DNA of 59,864 nucleotides, filler included, from Sphacelaria rigidula (Eukaryota), in assembly GCA_964200075.2 (NCBI GenBank). It is 9 parts of 9 records of this genome, joined end to end, with 100 filler letters (N's around TTAATTAATTAA, not from the genome) between each part and the next. Parts side by side here need not be neighbours in the genome. Positions count along the whole stretch, not along the records: positions 46,641 to 53,202 come from CAXNAA020019333.1; positions 53,303 to 59,864 come from CAXNAA020019334.1; 7 more parts are not named here. One strand, written 5' to 3'. The stretch's first letter is position 1; each line of letters opens with the position of its first letter. Of the stretch, positions 46,641 to 59,864 are shown piece by piece. Under the pieces are notes generated by a model. It saw only the letters and a program-made list of their open reading frames with translations, was not told the origin of the DNA and did no database searches. A program made the translations under genes and the position numbers.

Positions 46641-49200
46641 AGGCTACACAGCAAGGGTCATCATCCACAGGATGTCCTTGTCTCCTGGTCATCATCCAGG
46701 ATCCTACACATGCTATATCTACTACGCCTTGGTGTATTCTGGCTACAAGACGGAGGTCATTCGCGTACGCCTCGAAGACTCCAGGTCTGAGCATGAGTGG
46801 GCTGACACCTTCTGCCCCGAAAACGGCGCCCGCTGGCTTGCCCCCTCGATTCCTCCTCTTGCTTTCTAGGGATGCCAACACCAATGTAAGAACCGTATGT
46901 AGATAGGGCCTTTCCCGTGTGACGGGCCCCCGCAAAAATGTTGCCGCCGCACCGGAGCTCACCGCCCCCCCATTTGTTTTGATTGTAGAAGTACGCGATC
47001 TCATTCCTAGTAGAACGAGAGTAAACGAAAATGAAAATTACGTTTTGTTTTTTCTTTCCCGCCAAGATAAGGCGCGAGAACAATTAGCTGAGCCTACGTG
47101 CCGCGCAGTAATACTTCACCTGTTCCAGAATGGCTCACTTGTATTCCCCTCTGCGGATATCCTCGAACCCGTCGGACGGCGCCGGGCACCCATACAGGAT
47201 AAAGTTGTTGAGCTGGCCGCAAAAGCAGACTGCACATGGATGGTGACGGCACTGCACTTTTAATCCGCAAACCCACGCGGACACCTCAGTCAGACCGTTC
47301 TCCCGGTAAATATGTTCGACTACTCGGTCAAGAACCACTTTGCACGTACGTGTCGATGCTGCTGCGAACATGGGTCCTGCACGAGTGCAATTCCAACATT
47401 TCGACCGATATGGTACCAATTCGGACGACCTAGTTCATCGAGCGATTCTACTGGTGGGTAGATATCGACTACAGTGTCCGTTGGTGGGTACGTCGTTGTT
47501 TGATTTGTCAGGCCCGCAAGACGTCTCCCCAGACTGTGCGTTGACCAATCATGTCCACATCGCTCCCCAATGGGCCCGGTGAAGTTATATCTTGGGACTA
47601 TGTTGAACCGTTGCCGCTCATGAAGAGTAGCAACAAGTGCTTTTTTTTTATGACTGATCGATCCAGTTGTCACTCCGTCATGCATGCCGGACCTCCGGAA
47701 GTGTTGTCCGTCAATGGCAAAAATTTTCCCGGCAAACTTTCTACTGCGGTCAGTACACCACTGGGTTCCCACCATCGCATCTTTGTAAGTCCGTACCACC
47801 CCCAAACGAACGATGGAACGGAACGTGTCAACCATACGGTGGCGCAAATGCTGTCAATCGTCATAAACGGACGGCAAACAGATTGGAATCTGCATCTGCC
47901 TTTATTCCAACTGAACTACGACATATCGGTCCACACCGCCACCGGCCTTGCACCAAATGAAATCCACATTGGTCGCATGCCGCGGCTGCCGTTGACCATA
48001 CTCGAGCACCGCAACGTGGGCGATCACCAGAGTTTGGACCGGGATATCAGGGAGAAGGCTTTTTGAGTCATCGTCTGCGGTTGGCATATGATTTGGTACG
48101 CGAGAAAAACCAAATGAATTTGGCAAAAGCGATCAGTGCCAATACCACGTTGGATGCGGTGATGCATGAGCGCCCAGTGTGGAAGGTAGGTGCGTGGGCG
48201 TGGGTGTACAACGATGTACAGACAATTCGCCAAGGAGCCAGCGGGGGTAAAGATTCGACGGATAAGGTGTTGAAGGCCAGGCTATCCCTCACTTGGGCCG
48301 GGCCGGGGAAACGTTTGGGCATTGGGCCAAGTGCTACTGCACCGGATGATCGACCCATCGGGGAAAACCTTGTGTACCTCGATTTCCCCAGGCATGAGGC
48401 TGGGCCTTCGCAGAAACACCGCGTGTCTGTCTGGCGCTGGAAACCTTGCATCGCCCGGCACGAAACCATTGATATGCCCAAACAATTGTCGTTAGGACTC
48501 AGCCAGTACGTATTGACGAGGCACGCCACCAAGTCGCCGCCTTTTCACGTCACGGCTAAAGACGTTCACGCCCCTGTGGAACGCGTGGTAGGCGATCATA
48601 TCAGCGGACATCAACTGGCCCGCGGTCGTGGTGGTAAAATAGCAGTGACGTATCAGACGCACTGGAAAGGATTGATGCGGGTCACGTGGGAACGGGAATT
48701 TCACTTGCGGCATATCCGTAGACAAACTTTGTTGTACTGGGTAGGCGATGTTGCGCAACAACGCCCGTTGAACCGAAGATACAGGTCCATGCGGAAGGGC
48801 GCGGTGGCTCGGGAGCTAGCCCAGGAGCATTCGGCCCGGTTCGTCATGGCTGACGATAGCCTTGTTTCGCGTGCACAGTACTTGCTTTCTTTTCGCAGGA
48901 AACGTCTACCGAAAGGCGCGTACTTCTGGTACAAGGAGGAGGACTCACTCTGGTGCCTGGGCAAGATTCACTCACCAGCACCCGACTCCGACAACTCCTA
49001 CTACATCCGCTTCCTCGATGACCCCGGCCCCCTGTAGCTCATTTCAGACGATGCTTACTACACTGAAGCGCCGTCCGCTCGCCGCGGGTCCTGGTGTCTC
49101 CAGCGTCATGACGACGGCAAAATAGACGACGCTTTTCTCCGGAATACCGACAATTCGTGGAAGGAAGACGAGTTTTGATGCGTTCTGTCCTACTTCCCCC
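46641..49200 (+). mobile_element. Degenerate Ty3/Gypsy integrase region related to family B, with chromo-like and SH3/Tudor-like C-terminal segments
   Basis: AREQLAEPTCRA resembles AREQNAEPLCRA at ~13000. YWW...VRRCLICQARKT zinc finger; ISWDYVEPLP; SPYHPQTNDGTERVNHT; LSLTWAGP (GPY/F); YQTHWKGLMRVTWERE (chromo-like). Confidence 0.9.
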
Positions 49201-49454
49201 GTACAGCGTTGCCTAGCTGCTTCGACACCATGGCCGCAAACCTCCCCTTCCTTTTTGTTGCTGTGTGTATATGAATGTATGTGTGTGTATGCGCATATGT
49301 ATGTGCGTGTATGCGTGTATGTGTATTTCGGTGTATGTGTGCGCATACGTGTGTATGCGTGTGCGTGTATGTGTGTGTGAGTGCCTGGTCGCGTTTCCAT
49401 GCCATTTTGGAGTTGTGGCATGTTGTAGGTCGGGTTGATCTGGTTCTGGAAGTG

Positions 49455-50810
49455 TGGTGCCCTTGTTCGAACACATTTATGTCCCCAGACAAGGTGACCC
49501 AAGCGCATTGGAACGAGCGTTTTCTTTTTCCGTTTCGACAGTTGGCCCGACCAACTGTCACAGCCCGCCGTACGGTATTTGTGAAAACCCCACATTGAGG
49601 TTTTACATCCAAGAACCCACCTGGAATTGGTGACCGGATGAATTACTTGAGGACGTGTGTATCTTCATCGTATGGAGTTGTGAGTTGCGAATATTTTGCA
49701 GCTTCACCTTTCCGTCCTCGTTTGGCTCGACATTTCTGGAGAACTGAGACCACGTTGTAGTCTTTTCCTCCGCTGTCATCCATTCTGCGCTGAGGTACTC
49801 ACTGAAAATTTCTCCTTGCTAGCTGTAAGGGTCTCAGCCACCTTCTCCTGTTGTTCGTTGTTTTGGTTTTTCTTGTTTCTGTTCCTCCTTCTCTCCGACC
49901 GTCACGGAAGCCACCGTCACAGGCGGTTCTAGTGGTCTGTGGGACCCGAGATGACCCGTCCCTTTTTTCCAGCCCAACATTTGCGAAAACAGATGGCCGA
50001 TACCCCAAGGCTTCCTCAGTAAATCTCATTTACGTAACCGGCTGTGTGTTCGACATTTGTGCCAACGGATGACCGATACCCCAAGGGCTTCCTCAGCAAA
50101 TTGTCATGTCGGTGTCCATTATACTTTTTCTGTCTCTCGTTTCTTTTGTGTTTCTCGTTTTTTTTCCTGCGTCTCCACGATCTTCACTCCCTCGTGAATC
50201 GTTGGATCCGAGACACCCCGTCTCTTCTCCTCAACCGAACATTTGCAAAAACGGAGGACCGATTCCCCGAGGGCTTTTTTGGTGACTGTCCTTTCATTTT
50301 GCCGGCTGAGTGTTCGACATTTGTGCCAACGGATGACCGATACCTCAAGGGCTTCCTCAGCAAACTGTCACGTGTTTCTGGGTATGACAACTGTGGATTT
50401 TGTTTGTCGACATGTGCGAAAACGGACGACTGATCCCCCGGGCTTTCTCAGTACGTGTCGCGCGGCGACAATCGTTGCACGATCCTGGAGCTTCAATCGA
50501 CCACTGCTGCCGCTCCAAGATCCTATACGGCGAGCCCTCCCGCTGGTCTTTCCACCGGTATGAGGTTTTGCATGCACCACCTCAATGTTGAAAGTGATGT
50601 CTTCTTGATCGTTATGCCTTGGCGGCCCCCCTTGAAACCGATTAACGTGAAATCCTACCGCGAGTTCCGCGTTCCCCCTCATGTTCGTTCGTCGGTGGGT
50701 ACTACAGCTCCCGTCGCCCGAGGAATGCCTGGTTTGTATGGGTTTCCAGAGTGTTTGATCGTGAGACCATCCGGGTAACGCGCTGATTTTTTCAGACCAT
50801 CCGGGTGACA
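49455..50810 (+). mobile_element. Putative 3' LTR of the 46641 element, with internal repeats
   Basis: Downstream of pol and a (GT)-rich tract; candidate TGTGG start and GGTGACA end. No second copy to confirm boundaries. Confidence 0.35.
49970..50455 (+). repeat. Five copies of a ~50-bp motif in a ~265-bp higher-order repeat
   Basis: acatttgtgccaacggatgaccgatacc.caagggcttcctcagcaaa and variants at ~49975, 50050, 50238, 50315 and 50408. Confidence 0.8.
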
Positions 50811-52613
50811 TCCTTATATTTTAGGTCGTGATTAGCAGGCCAGGCGCCTCCTTTGTGTGTACCAGAGACTGGCTGATCGCGTAAACGCATGGATCCTGCG
50901 CCGAAGCTGGAATTCCGTTGCTTCATCTTACCCCTTTTTGTGGTGTGGGAGATGATGGTGAAAAGTGAGCCTTCGAAGCTCTTCGAGCGTCTGTATGCTC
51001 ACATTTCAGAGTGGGCTATTGTTATGGTATTTGAAAGGACCGGCGTTGATAAGGTACCGCAACATTTTAGACATACAGATCTTGGAGTATGTCAACGTTT
51101 GGATATGAATCTTCACTAGCCGTCGAGAGATATCAGCTTGTTGGAAGATCCAATTTGATGTTCTGAATAGTCGATGAGAGATATAATATGGTTGATGTCT
51201 GCTGCACATCGAATAGTCATGTGCACAACGGATAGTGTTCCCGGAACGTTCGTTGGATGGAGGAAATTTCTGCTCTTTGGCTATTGTATCATGATTAGAT
51301 ACGGATATAATTCCTACGTAAGGTAGTAACACGGCCCTCCCGAGCGCCCACCATGAGCGCTCTATCTCGCGCCCAGGACATCATCGGCATTTGCCACCGT
51401 TGCTCTGAGTCTCATGTAAGTCCTCACCAGTACGCTTTATAGTTTGGAGGAGCTATTGACTCTGGTTCGTATTGTAAACTACAAGGAGATAATCTATTTA
51501 TGTGAACATCTGGATTTGAACTGCTTCTGTGGTTGGATCTGGGTTGAGTTGTTACTGCGCAGCTGTGCACTGCACGGGCACATACGAGTCGAGTCCCTGT
51601 TCGTGAGAACATAACAGGACAAAGGTGTACTGAGGCTGTTCTCTCGAGGGCGACTAGGCTAAAGTACATAATAACTACCTGATCAAGCTGACGTTTTATT
51701 ATGTGTCTTGCGCAGTACAGTCAGACATTTTAGACATATACAGCGACGTGGTCCAAAGAAAACTCTAGCCCGAAGAAAACAGAGACGCTATTCTTGCGTT
51801 GTGGTGTCTCCTGTGTTCATCCTGTATGCATGTAGAGTTGAAATTTCCGATTTTCAAAATAAAACAGCGGATCCTGAAAAATGAGCTGCATCTCGAAAAT
51901 GAGGTTCAAGTGGCATATCGTTTTTGCAGGGACGACCCGAAACAGTAGCACAGAGCAAAACCATATTTCCCACCAAAACTCCGCAAATGGGAATCATCAG
52001 TTGTGGCTAAGTGCACCGAACGACTACGGTGTACACGCGTGTCGATGACGATATCACCAGAGAGAGAAGCAACGACAGAGAGGAAGCTCCTCGCCCGTGT
52101 CCTTTGTGTGCTCTTGCTGGGCGATTACCAATCGCTCGAGAGACTGGCGTCATGCATGTTACCAGCACGTACCGAATTTCTCATGTGCCTGTAGGTATCC
52201 CCAAAGCACATCGAGCTGTGGAGAGATTTCGTTTCTTTGTAGAGATCACCAATACGAAGGTCGATCTCTCTCTGCCTCTCTTTTTGGACAGGGCGCGCTT
52301 CTGTGCGCTAAAAAACTGGGCAATGTTCCCGTCACCGCTACTACTGTTCTCTGCCACACACATGCCAGCAAGGATAGTGCGCTGCGCGGCAAAAATAACA
52401 GATGATCCAATTTGAACTTGGGGGGTGTTATTTGTCGTCGATTTTATCCGACATGAGCACAAGAGCCTGCCACAGGTCAGTTGGTGTGTGTGTGAGAGAG
52501 AGATCAAAAACTTGTGGAGACCTTCTTGACATGCGGAGTGACAGAAGATACCTATGGTGGTGACCTAACTGTTGCTAGCGTGGTGCAGAGGGGTGCGTCA
52601 GCTGCAACCTGGA

Positions 52614-53202
52614 GCTTTCGTTGCTCTACTCTACTGGCTTCTGTCTGCACAGCTAGTAAAAGCATGTTACTATATACCCAAATTCGGAACAGCTACTGTA
52701 TGAGATCAAAACAGTTCGGTTTTCGAAACTACGTCGGGATCATTGCAATTGCTCTTCTTACCCGAGATACCGCGGCTTCCTCGTTCCCCCGTGAGGTATG
52801 AAACAAGGGCAACAGAGGTTTTGGAAGTGCATGTAAGTTCCATGGGGGAACGCAGAGTTTCTCGTGTATAAAAAACTCCGTTTTCCCACCCGCAAAACCT
52901 TTCATGCCCGTTGCTTTTTATTAAGAACGTCAAACAGTCGATGTGTATTCCGTACGATATTCATCTGCGGATGCCGATGGCAGCAAGTTTGATGGTGTTA
53001 TTCGAAAGTATCTTCGAACGTTTGAACGGACCCCAAGCGGATACGTTTCCTCGGGTAAGAAGAGCAATTGCAATGATCCCGACGCAGTTTCGAAAACCGA
53101 ACTGTTTTGATCTCATACAGTAGCTGTTCCGAATTTGGGTATATAGTAACATGCTTTTACTAGCTGTGCAGACAGAAGCCAGTAGAGTAGAGCAACGAAA
53201 GC
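52614..53202. repeat. Near-perfect long inverted repeat (153-bp arms at 52614-52766 and 53050-53202, ~283-bp spacer); foldback or long-TIR MITE
   Basis: gctttcgttgctctactctactgg...cttacccgag and its reverse complement; one mismatch seen. The right arm runs into the linker. Confidence 0.92.
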
Positions 53203-54849
53203 NNNNNNNNNNNNNNNNNNNNNNNNNNNNNNNNNNNNNNNNNNNNTTAATTAATTAANNNNNNNNNNNNNNNNNNNNNNNNNNNNNNNNNNNNNNNNNN
53301 NNGAGATCCCGCGACAAACCCCACCCCTCAGATTCTCAGCGATACACACTCTGCATGATCCCAAACAAAGGATTCGAAGTGCGATACGCATTCTGTTTGG
53401 CATGCCATGCCCGTTTTCTTCGAAACTTCCGCGTCGCGACTAGAAGGGTGGGAGGTGACAAGACGACCCCCGAGTGATGGTCTTCTCACACGCCCGTCCC
53501 ATAATTTAGGGCACTGAAGGGCAATAATACGTTGTCTGGGTATAATGGTCGTTGTGACGGCTTTACAGATGGGTTCGTTACGAAGTTAGAGGGCAGACAC
53601 AGCCGACGTAAAGATAGAATAACGAGTTCTTTACTTGAAATGGGCCGGAATATACCCGAGCATCGCACTTATCCTACTATTTCGAAGCACACGTGGAAGG
53701 TTTTGGCCGTTGTCGAGCCGAACAGCGCTGGTTTTACCAGCAAGGTTTGTCAGTGAAGAAGGCAGTGGGATCCAACACACGGTAATACGTAAAACTAGTG
53801 GTTGATTCGCGATTGTGATTATCGTTCGTTGTTTTTTTATAATGTTTCTTCTCTCTGGAGTTTAGAAAGCGGGGTGCGCGGCCATTTTCGGGCTCGAGTA
53901 TTTGTTTTCATTCGTTCGAAGCGAACACCGAATGTAGACAAGATATGTTTTTAACCGGAAATATAGTACAAATATACAAAGCCAAAATCCGGGCAAGGTG
54001 ATGGGCCCGTACAGTTAGAGTATCCTCTTGTATGGTGCAGAGAGACTATATTTAACTCGCAAATGCGTCAAGAAATTTGGGAAAAGAACAAAACTGGTGC
54101 GTAGGTGCCCGCTAGCCGGATCACCACCTTGTCCTCACTGTGCGACCCTCGGACGGCCAAGAAGAAAGTAAACAAGACTCGATATGAACACTGTTCCGGT
54201 CGCCCGAGGCACTCTTACCTCGACTGTGTATCCGAACGGCTGCACGGCGGTTTTCATGACCTCTTCAGCAGAAGCACCGGCGGCAGGAGTCAACAATGCC
54301 GGCGGGATCGTGTCGGCCGGCCTCTTCGATGGGAGCAACCCTGGGCCCAGATACACTGCGCCGCCGATATCGTGCGGTCGAGAAATAGAGGGTGAAAACG
54401 AGCCCGGCGGCAGTTGGAAAGATTGGTGAGAGTTCATGACACCTCGCACAAACGAAAACCCGTTACACCTGCATAGAGACCCGCCGCTACGGCAATCAGG
54501 AATCACGACCTTCATTTCCGCTTGTATACAGGCGGTGATGTTTTATACTCCTCAATCAGTACTACAGGAAAAGATACAGTTGACTTCCGTGCCTGAGCAT
54601 CGAGGCCGGTCACCGATCAGCTCGCGACAGCGAATATATGTCTCAGCTTTCCTAGAAAAAAGTCAACTATCGATGGGGAGTAACGCACCAGCCCCAAGGG
54701 CCGTGGACGTCTTCACTTGTAGACCGCCTCGAATTCCTTCATGGCATCGCCTTCCTGTTCTTCAGCCGGCAGGCTTTCTCCCGTCTCTGATATTGTCTTG
54801 TCCACGGACGATATATAGCCCCCCCAAACAGCTGGAGATCTTCCAACCC

Positions 54850-57100
54850 GTACGTACCGTCTATCATTTTGTGCACGCCGCTGTTCACAGAAATCGGAAT
54901 CGGAAACATGAAACGTCGCACCACACGTCGCACCACATTCCGTGACAGGTCGACTAGTGTGCAGTGATATTTACGCACGCGGCGGCACATTCTTACGTGG
55001 TCTCGATATAGACGGAGCACCTTGGCTCGGGCGGCGGCCGGGCTACAGATTAACGGCACTCACTCCTCAAACCTGTCCATCCAAGCAAGACGAGGCGCCA
55101 CCCTCTCCATTCTCTCCACCAGGTCGTGCTCGATGCGGGCGTTTTTGGTGATCCGATCGCAATCTTTCGGTGTGGGTGTCATCTTGTTCTCCCTCGAATG
55201 TCTGTCGTGGTACGGTCGAAAATCGAGGATGAATGTTGTTTGGGTACCGTCCTTGAGATCTTTCGTAGAAAGCGCGATACCGTCGGATGAAGACACATCT
55301 GCACTCTACGCCTGTGAAATGTGGCCTCGCTCATCCTCGAAAACAGCCATCTGCAATTCGTGACCTCTGGTGTTTACACGGAACGATATCGCCCTCCAGT
55401 GATTCTGGTACAAAACACTACGATGAGATGAGGGAGGTCGCACATCACAGCCGGAGAATGCTTTTGTATTTCAATTTCGAAACCTTTTGGATGTTCATGA
55501 AGGTTCCCGAGGTTCGTCCTCTACCAAAAATACTATCTTCAATTTTGAAAATAGACTGCTTCGAGCGGAGGGGGGGGGGGCATGTGTAGTGAAACCTTGG
55601 ATAATTGGTCCTGACGTTCCATCAAACAGGATACATACCACATGACACACTCTTGTCATCTTTCGGTGCGGCTAATTAATGAAAGATAACTCGAGATCAT
55701 CACAACAAGCGACTGGATGTACCGGCGGTGCATACCTTACGAGCATATTGACGGCGATCGATTGCGCTGCGGGTTCGGCGTGTAGATCGCCGTAAGCCTT
55801 GCTCTTTAGGTACGTCAGCGAAATACATTCGATACCGGGGTCCGACGTCTGGAACGCCCAGGGTTGCTTCCGGTGTAGTGACGAAGCAGGCCTTTCGCCA
55901 GTGCCGCATCGTCACTAGCGACAGAGAATTCAAACCCACCTGTTTTCGGTGACGGGGGGACAACAACGGGCCGTGGAGAAAAACATATAGCAGATGCGAT
56001 GAAATCGAGTCGGCCATTTCAGCGTCCGTGGAAGTTCGAAATGATCCATAGTACCATGCACAACTTCTCCCGACTGAACAGAATATCGGTACCGGCTCCC
56101 ACATCGAATCGCCGCCCCCCCGCTCCAGAGCGGTAACTTCACCGCGACCGTCGTGCGTGCTGCATTACATACGTGGTCGAGGTCTGTCGTGTTCGCTGCA
56201 CGCTGGGTTGTTTCTCGGCGTATGAGCGGGTGGGAGATGCAGTACCCGCGTCGTAAACCCTCCGGCAACTAGTTTACAACAATACAAGCGGACTTGACTC
56301 GGTGCCGAGATGTAACATGAATGACCCGCGGTGCACATGTGATACAATACGAATTTAGACTTCACCCAATGCCCATTACCGTCCCCGTGTAATGCAGACC
56401 CGGATTTGTAGTACCCCGTCTTTCACGTTCCATTACTCACGTTCGTGAACTCCTTTGCTGTTTGTTCCCCCGTAACGGCATCACTCCCCGTTCTCTCCTG
56501 GACCGACGTTATGATCCCAACGTACATGTAAAGCTTATCGTACGTGTTGCGGGGAGACAGAGTCTCGCCGAAATCGTTTAAAGCTGTTCGAAGGCAGGCG
56601 GGCAGCAGCACGCCTGCTTCTTCACTGTTGTGGTATGCAGGCTGCAGGCGGCGGTGCAGTGGATTGTGTGAGGGAGGGGTGGGGGGGTGGGGGGGGGGGA
56701 AGAGAGCGAGGGCCAGCGACAACACCCTAATATTGCGGTTAGTTGAAGGTCACGATCGGTACATGTTACCCACAAAGCCACCTGTACTCGTAGTTCGACC
56801 ACGTATCTGGGTCATATCACTCTCGCAAAAGTACTGACAAGCCATGTTTTTCGATAACACCTAACTTTGTAGCTAGTACAATGGTATCTTTCTTTCGAGC
56901 TCCACTTTCGGTATAATGGTGACCAATTTGCCCCGTGTCGGGTGCTATACCGCTGAAACAACCCCACCAGTCAGGCAGGTGCAAATACCTAAATATTCCG
57001 GTATTTGTCGACATGTGTCCCATTCTCTGATCACGCTTCGGGTGCACATGGTCACTTGCACTTAGGATCACAGGATATGTGTCGCGATATTCTGACGGTC
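54850..57100 (-). mobile_element. Possible highly decayed LTR retrotransposon pol
   Basis: HVHPKRDQRMGHMSTNTGIFRYLHLP (~57050-56975) is RT-like; VPLICSPAAARAKVLRLYRDH (~55059-54995) resembles the lead-in to an integrase zinc finger. Order is right for Ty3/Gypsy, but similarity is weak. Confidence 0.3.
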
Positions 57101-59864
57101 AGGGCATGTTGATTTGTGGTCTCCTAAAGAGTGATCCAAACGCGGAACAACGCCAACTTCATCGTTGCTGTCCAAACATGACCAGCCCGCCCATGCTGTC
57201 ATAAACGTATTTGGCATCGCCTACTCTCAAACACCCACTTGCCAGAGGAATTAGTGTGGGGGGTGCGCTTATGCCTATTACAGAGGCGGGCCGTCTCGTG
57301 TTCGCGACCTCGGTTGAACCCACGGAGCGGAGCATCGAATCATGTGGGCATACGGGCGGCTTGACTCCAAAAAGAACGAGAGCGCGTGCCGTACCAGAAA
57401 CCAGGTAAAACATGGGGTTGATGTATATTTCTGACAGCTTGTTGTGTAATCGTTTTTTCACAAGAGCGTTTGCTGTGTCGAAGAACCTCGTTGAGAACGC
57501 CAAGAGGAACCCGGTGCTCCATCGATGTCGATAACAACGTGAGTACAGTATCTTATATCTCGTCGCCAAGTTGGGGCAGATGTGTGACGACCGCTGTCGT
57601 GTAGCAAAGCGAACATATTATCATGTAGATTTCACAATACACGGCGGTTCTGTACTAGGCGAGCGCGACGTCAAAATAACCCTCATGTGTGCTACCACAG
57701 CCCGCTGTAACTGTGCTTTACTGTAGCGCCGGCCAACACATACCTGCCCACTGCTTCTTGCCGTCGTACCCAGCGAAAACAACAGGCCCAGGTTTGAATA
57801 TTGAAATCTACTACTGTATCCAGGTTTACTGTAATGCGATCGTGGTCCGCCTCGGGACAGTTTAATCGGCTGACAGTCCAGAAACATTCGCGGGAATCCA
57901 GATATCAGGGGAGGTTATACGAACAGCCGGAGAGCTCAAGAAGTGAACCATTTGTTTTTGGAAGTAAAGACTCAGCTCGAAGTCGTTCGGGTGTACCTGG
58001 CCCTTCTCGCGTTGCCAGAATAGCTTCACACTGTCTGTAGTGTAGTTGGGAAACACGAAGCAGAGACATCAACAGCCTGCATGCAACTACGGAAACTGAA
58101 AAGTACTCGTCAAAGACATACTGTTCCATACTATACTGACTTTGCGTGCACTTGACTGCGGGCGCAAAACCGGTCAGGGACGTTCCTATATTATTGTTGT
58201 CTATACATGGGTCCTACATTCACGTGTCGCAAAAAATTATATCCACGGATGTAGGTGTATCCTTGTTTCCAGTATCCTTTTATCATGACCGATCCCGCGT
58301 TGTTTTTTTAAACTCGGGAGTCCACATGTTTTTATTCAGTTGCCCGTTACGCATGTGTGCAGACAAAGTGAAGCCTTCACGTGTAGTACCGTGGTGCAGG
58401 CAGTAGTCAGTAGCCATATCCTTTGCATCTGCATCCACTGCCATGGATGTGCAGCTGCATATGAAGACGATTAGTACTGTGTTGTATTGGCAAAGCACAG
58501 CTACCTACTGTGCTCGCGAGTACAACCCGTGCTGTAACCTGGCAGAGTACAGCCTGTACTCGGACATGGACTACAGCTCTACCGTGTTTGCGAAGTATAG
58601 CCTATGGTTGTAATGTCGTGCTGCTCGCAAAATCAACGGCCTGTATCGTGAATACTCTTGTCTGCTGCAACACCCTGGCACTGATCGTACTACTTTTATA
58701 CCGTCGAGTCTACATCGTACAGAATGTATCATGCCCATCATCTCGAGAAAAAAAATGTCATCATTCACGGCACCACCGGAGGATAACAAATCAAAGTGGG
58801 AGTTTTCCGTCGTGCTCAACGTTGACTCGTGCTGGCTGGACTTTGATACTCCGTCGGTCCTTTTTATGGTTGTTTCTGCTGTATACACTCATTTAATTCG
58901 TCTTGTCTGCTACGTACTTACCGTTTCCTTTGAATTGTGCTATCATTTGTAGTGGACGTTCAGAGTGGGAGGGGGGTTGGCGGTTGCCATTCCGGCCCAG
59001 ATGTCAATCATCGAGGGATTGAAGTTAGGACCGATAGATTGATGAAGGTAAGACATCTCAGGTGCATTCTTTGCCCACGGTGGCGTGCTCACCCGCATTT
59101 TGTTTAGTTGGGTTTTGGACGGGAGGCCCTGATCCCAACATATTTCATTGAAGGAATGTCTAACATACATGGCATTATCCAACCCAGTCTACATGCGGTT
59201 TTTTCGTGCCACATAGACACATGGAACACCTCTAAGGGAATCTGCACAGTGGCCGCAGGCGGCGCAAAGGCAATATGCGCAATTTATGCGCATGATATGC
59301 CCACTAGGTCTTTCACAACCCAAAATAAGCGTCTTTAAAAACACAGAATGTAGGCGCAAAAATCGGAATTACGCGAAGCCTTAGGCGCACACGAGAGGCG
59401 AAAGCCAAAATATTATTGCTGAATTGGGTTTCCCCCCGTGATGCGCTCGGAACATCCTATTCTTGAGATCCAGAGGGTAGTTTGAGATTCCAAGTGGATG
59501 ATCTAGCGTTCCGAACAGGGAACGTTTTTTCCTTTTTGTTTTGCTTGAGCAAATGTGCTGTGCATGCAGCTACCGTACAGTGCCCCATTCGAGGCGGTCT
59601 GGTCGGTGAGATGCTTCACAAAGCATTTTTACGCCTGGGGGGGGGCATTTCGGAAATGAAACTGTTTCAGGCACCAATCGGTTTTTCCTGAAGGAGGGTA
59701 TTTTTTGTTGTAATGGACTGACTACATAGTTGCGATCAAGCGATATAGGTGACTGCTTTCTTCGAAGTCACCGCTTCACCAGCTGGGCGACAGGGATCCT
59801 GTTCACCGAAACAAAATGCTCGCGTTCCTCGACAGATACGCAGAGAAGTACGGGTAAAACATGC

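Noticed and set aside
49044..49612. His/Thr-rich and Val/Cys-rich ORFs
   Set aside because: Translations of a (GT/AT)n microsatellite tract.
54739..55059. LYR-motif (complex I LYR) protein
   Set aside because: KVLRLYR is too short a match. It follows an in-frame stop, has no ATG or splice support, and fits a decayed integrase equally well.

Overview
Repeat-rich eukaryotic nuclear DNA, most likely a brown alga (Phaeophyceae, Ectocarpus-like). This is inferred from an EsV-1-7 repeat gene, a signal peptide plus ASAFAP-like plastid presequence, and kb-sized GT-AG introns. The window is not one contiguous locus: eight 100-nt N/TTAATTAATTAA/N linkers recur every 6662-6663 bp, so it is nine equal ~6.56-kb fragments joined together. 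Three host genes are supported: an EsV-1-7 cysteine-repeat protein (5' end may lie outside the window), three 3' exons of a probable PAP/fibrillin-like protein, and four 5' exons of a plastid-targeted ribosome recycling factor. The rest is mostly Ty3/Gypsy LTR retrotransposon remnants of at least two families, two tRNA-derived SINE families, a LINE-like 3' end, MITEs/foldbacks and tandem repeats. The top lead is a degenerate Ty3/Gypsy element with a C5 cytosine-DNA-methyltransferase-like domain between RNase H and integrase. A second copy of that family has a chromo-like plus Tudor-like tail on the integrase. All protein calls are by eye and need HMM confirmation.
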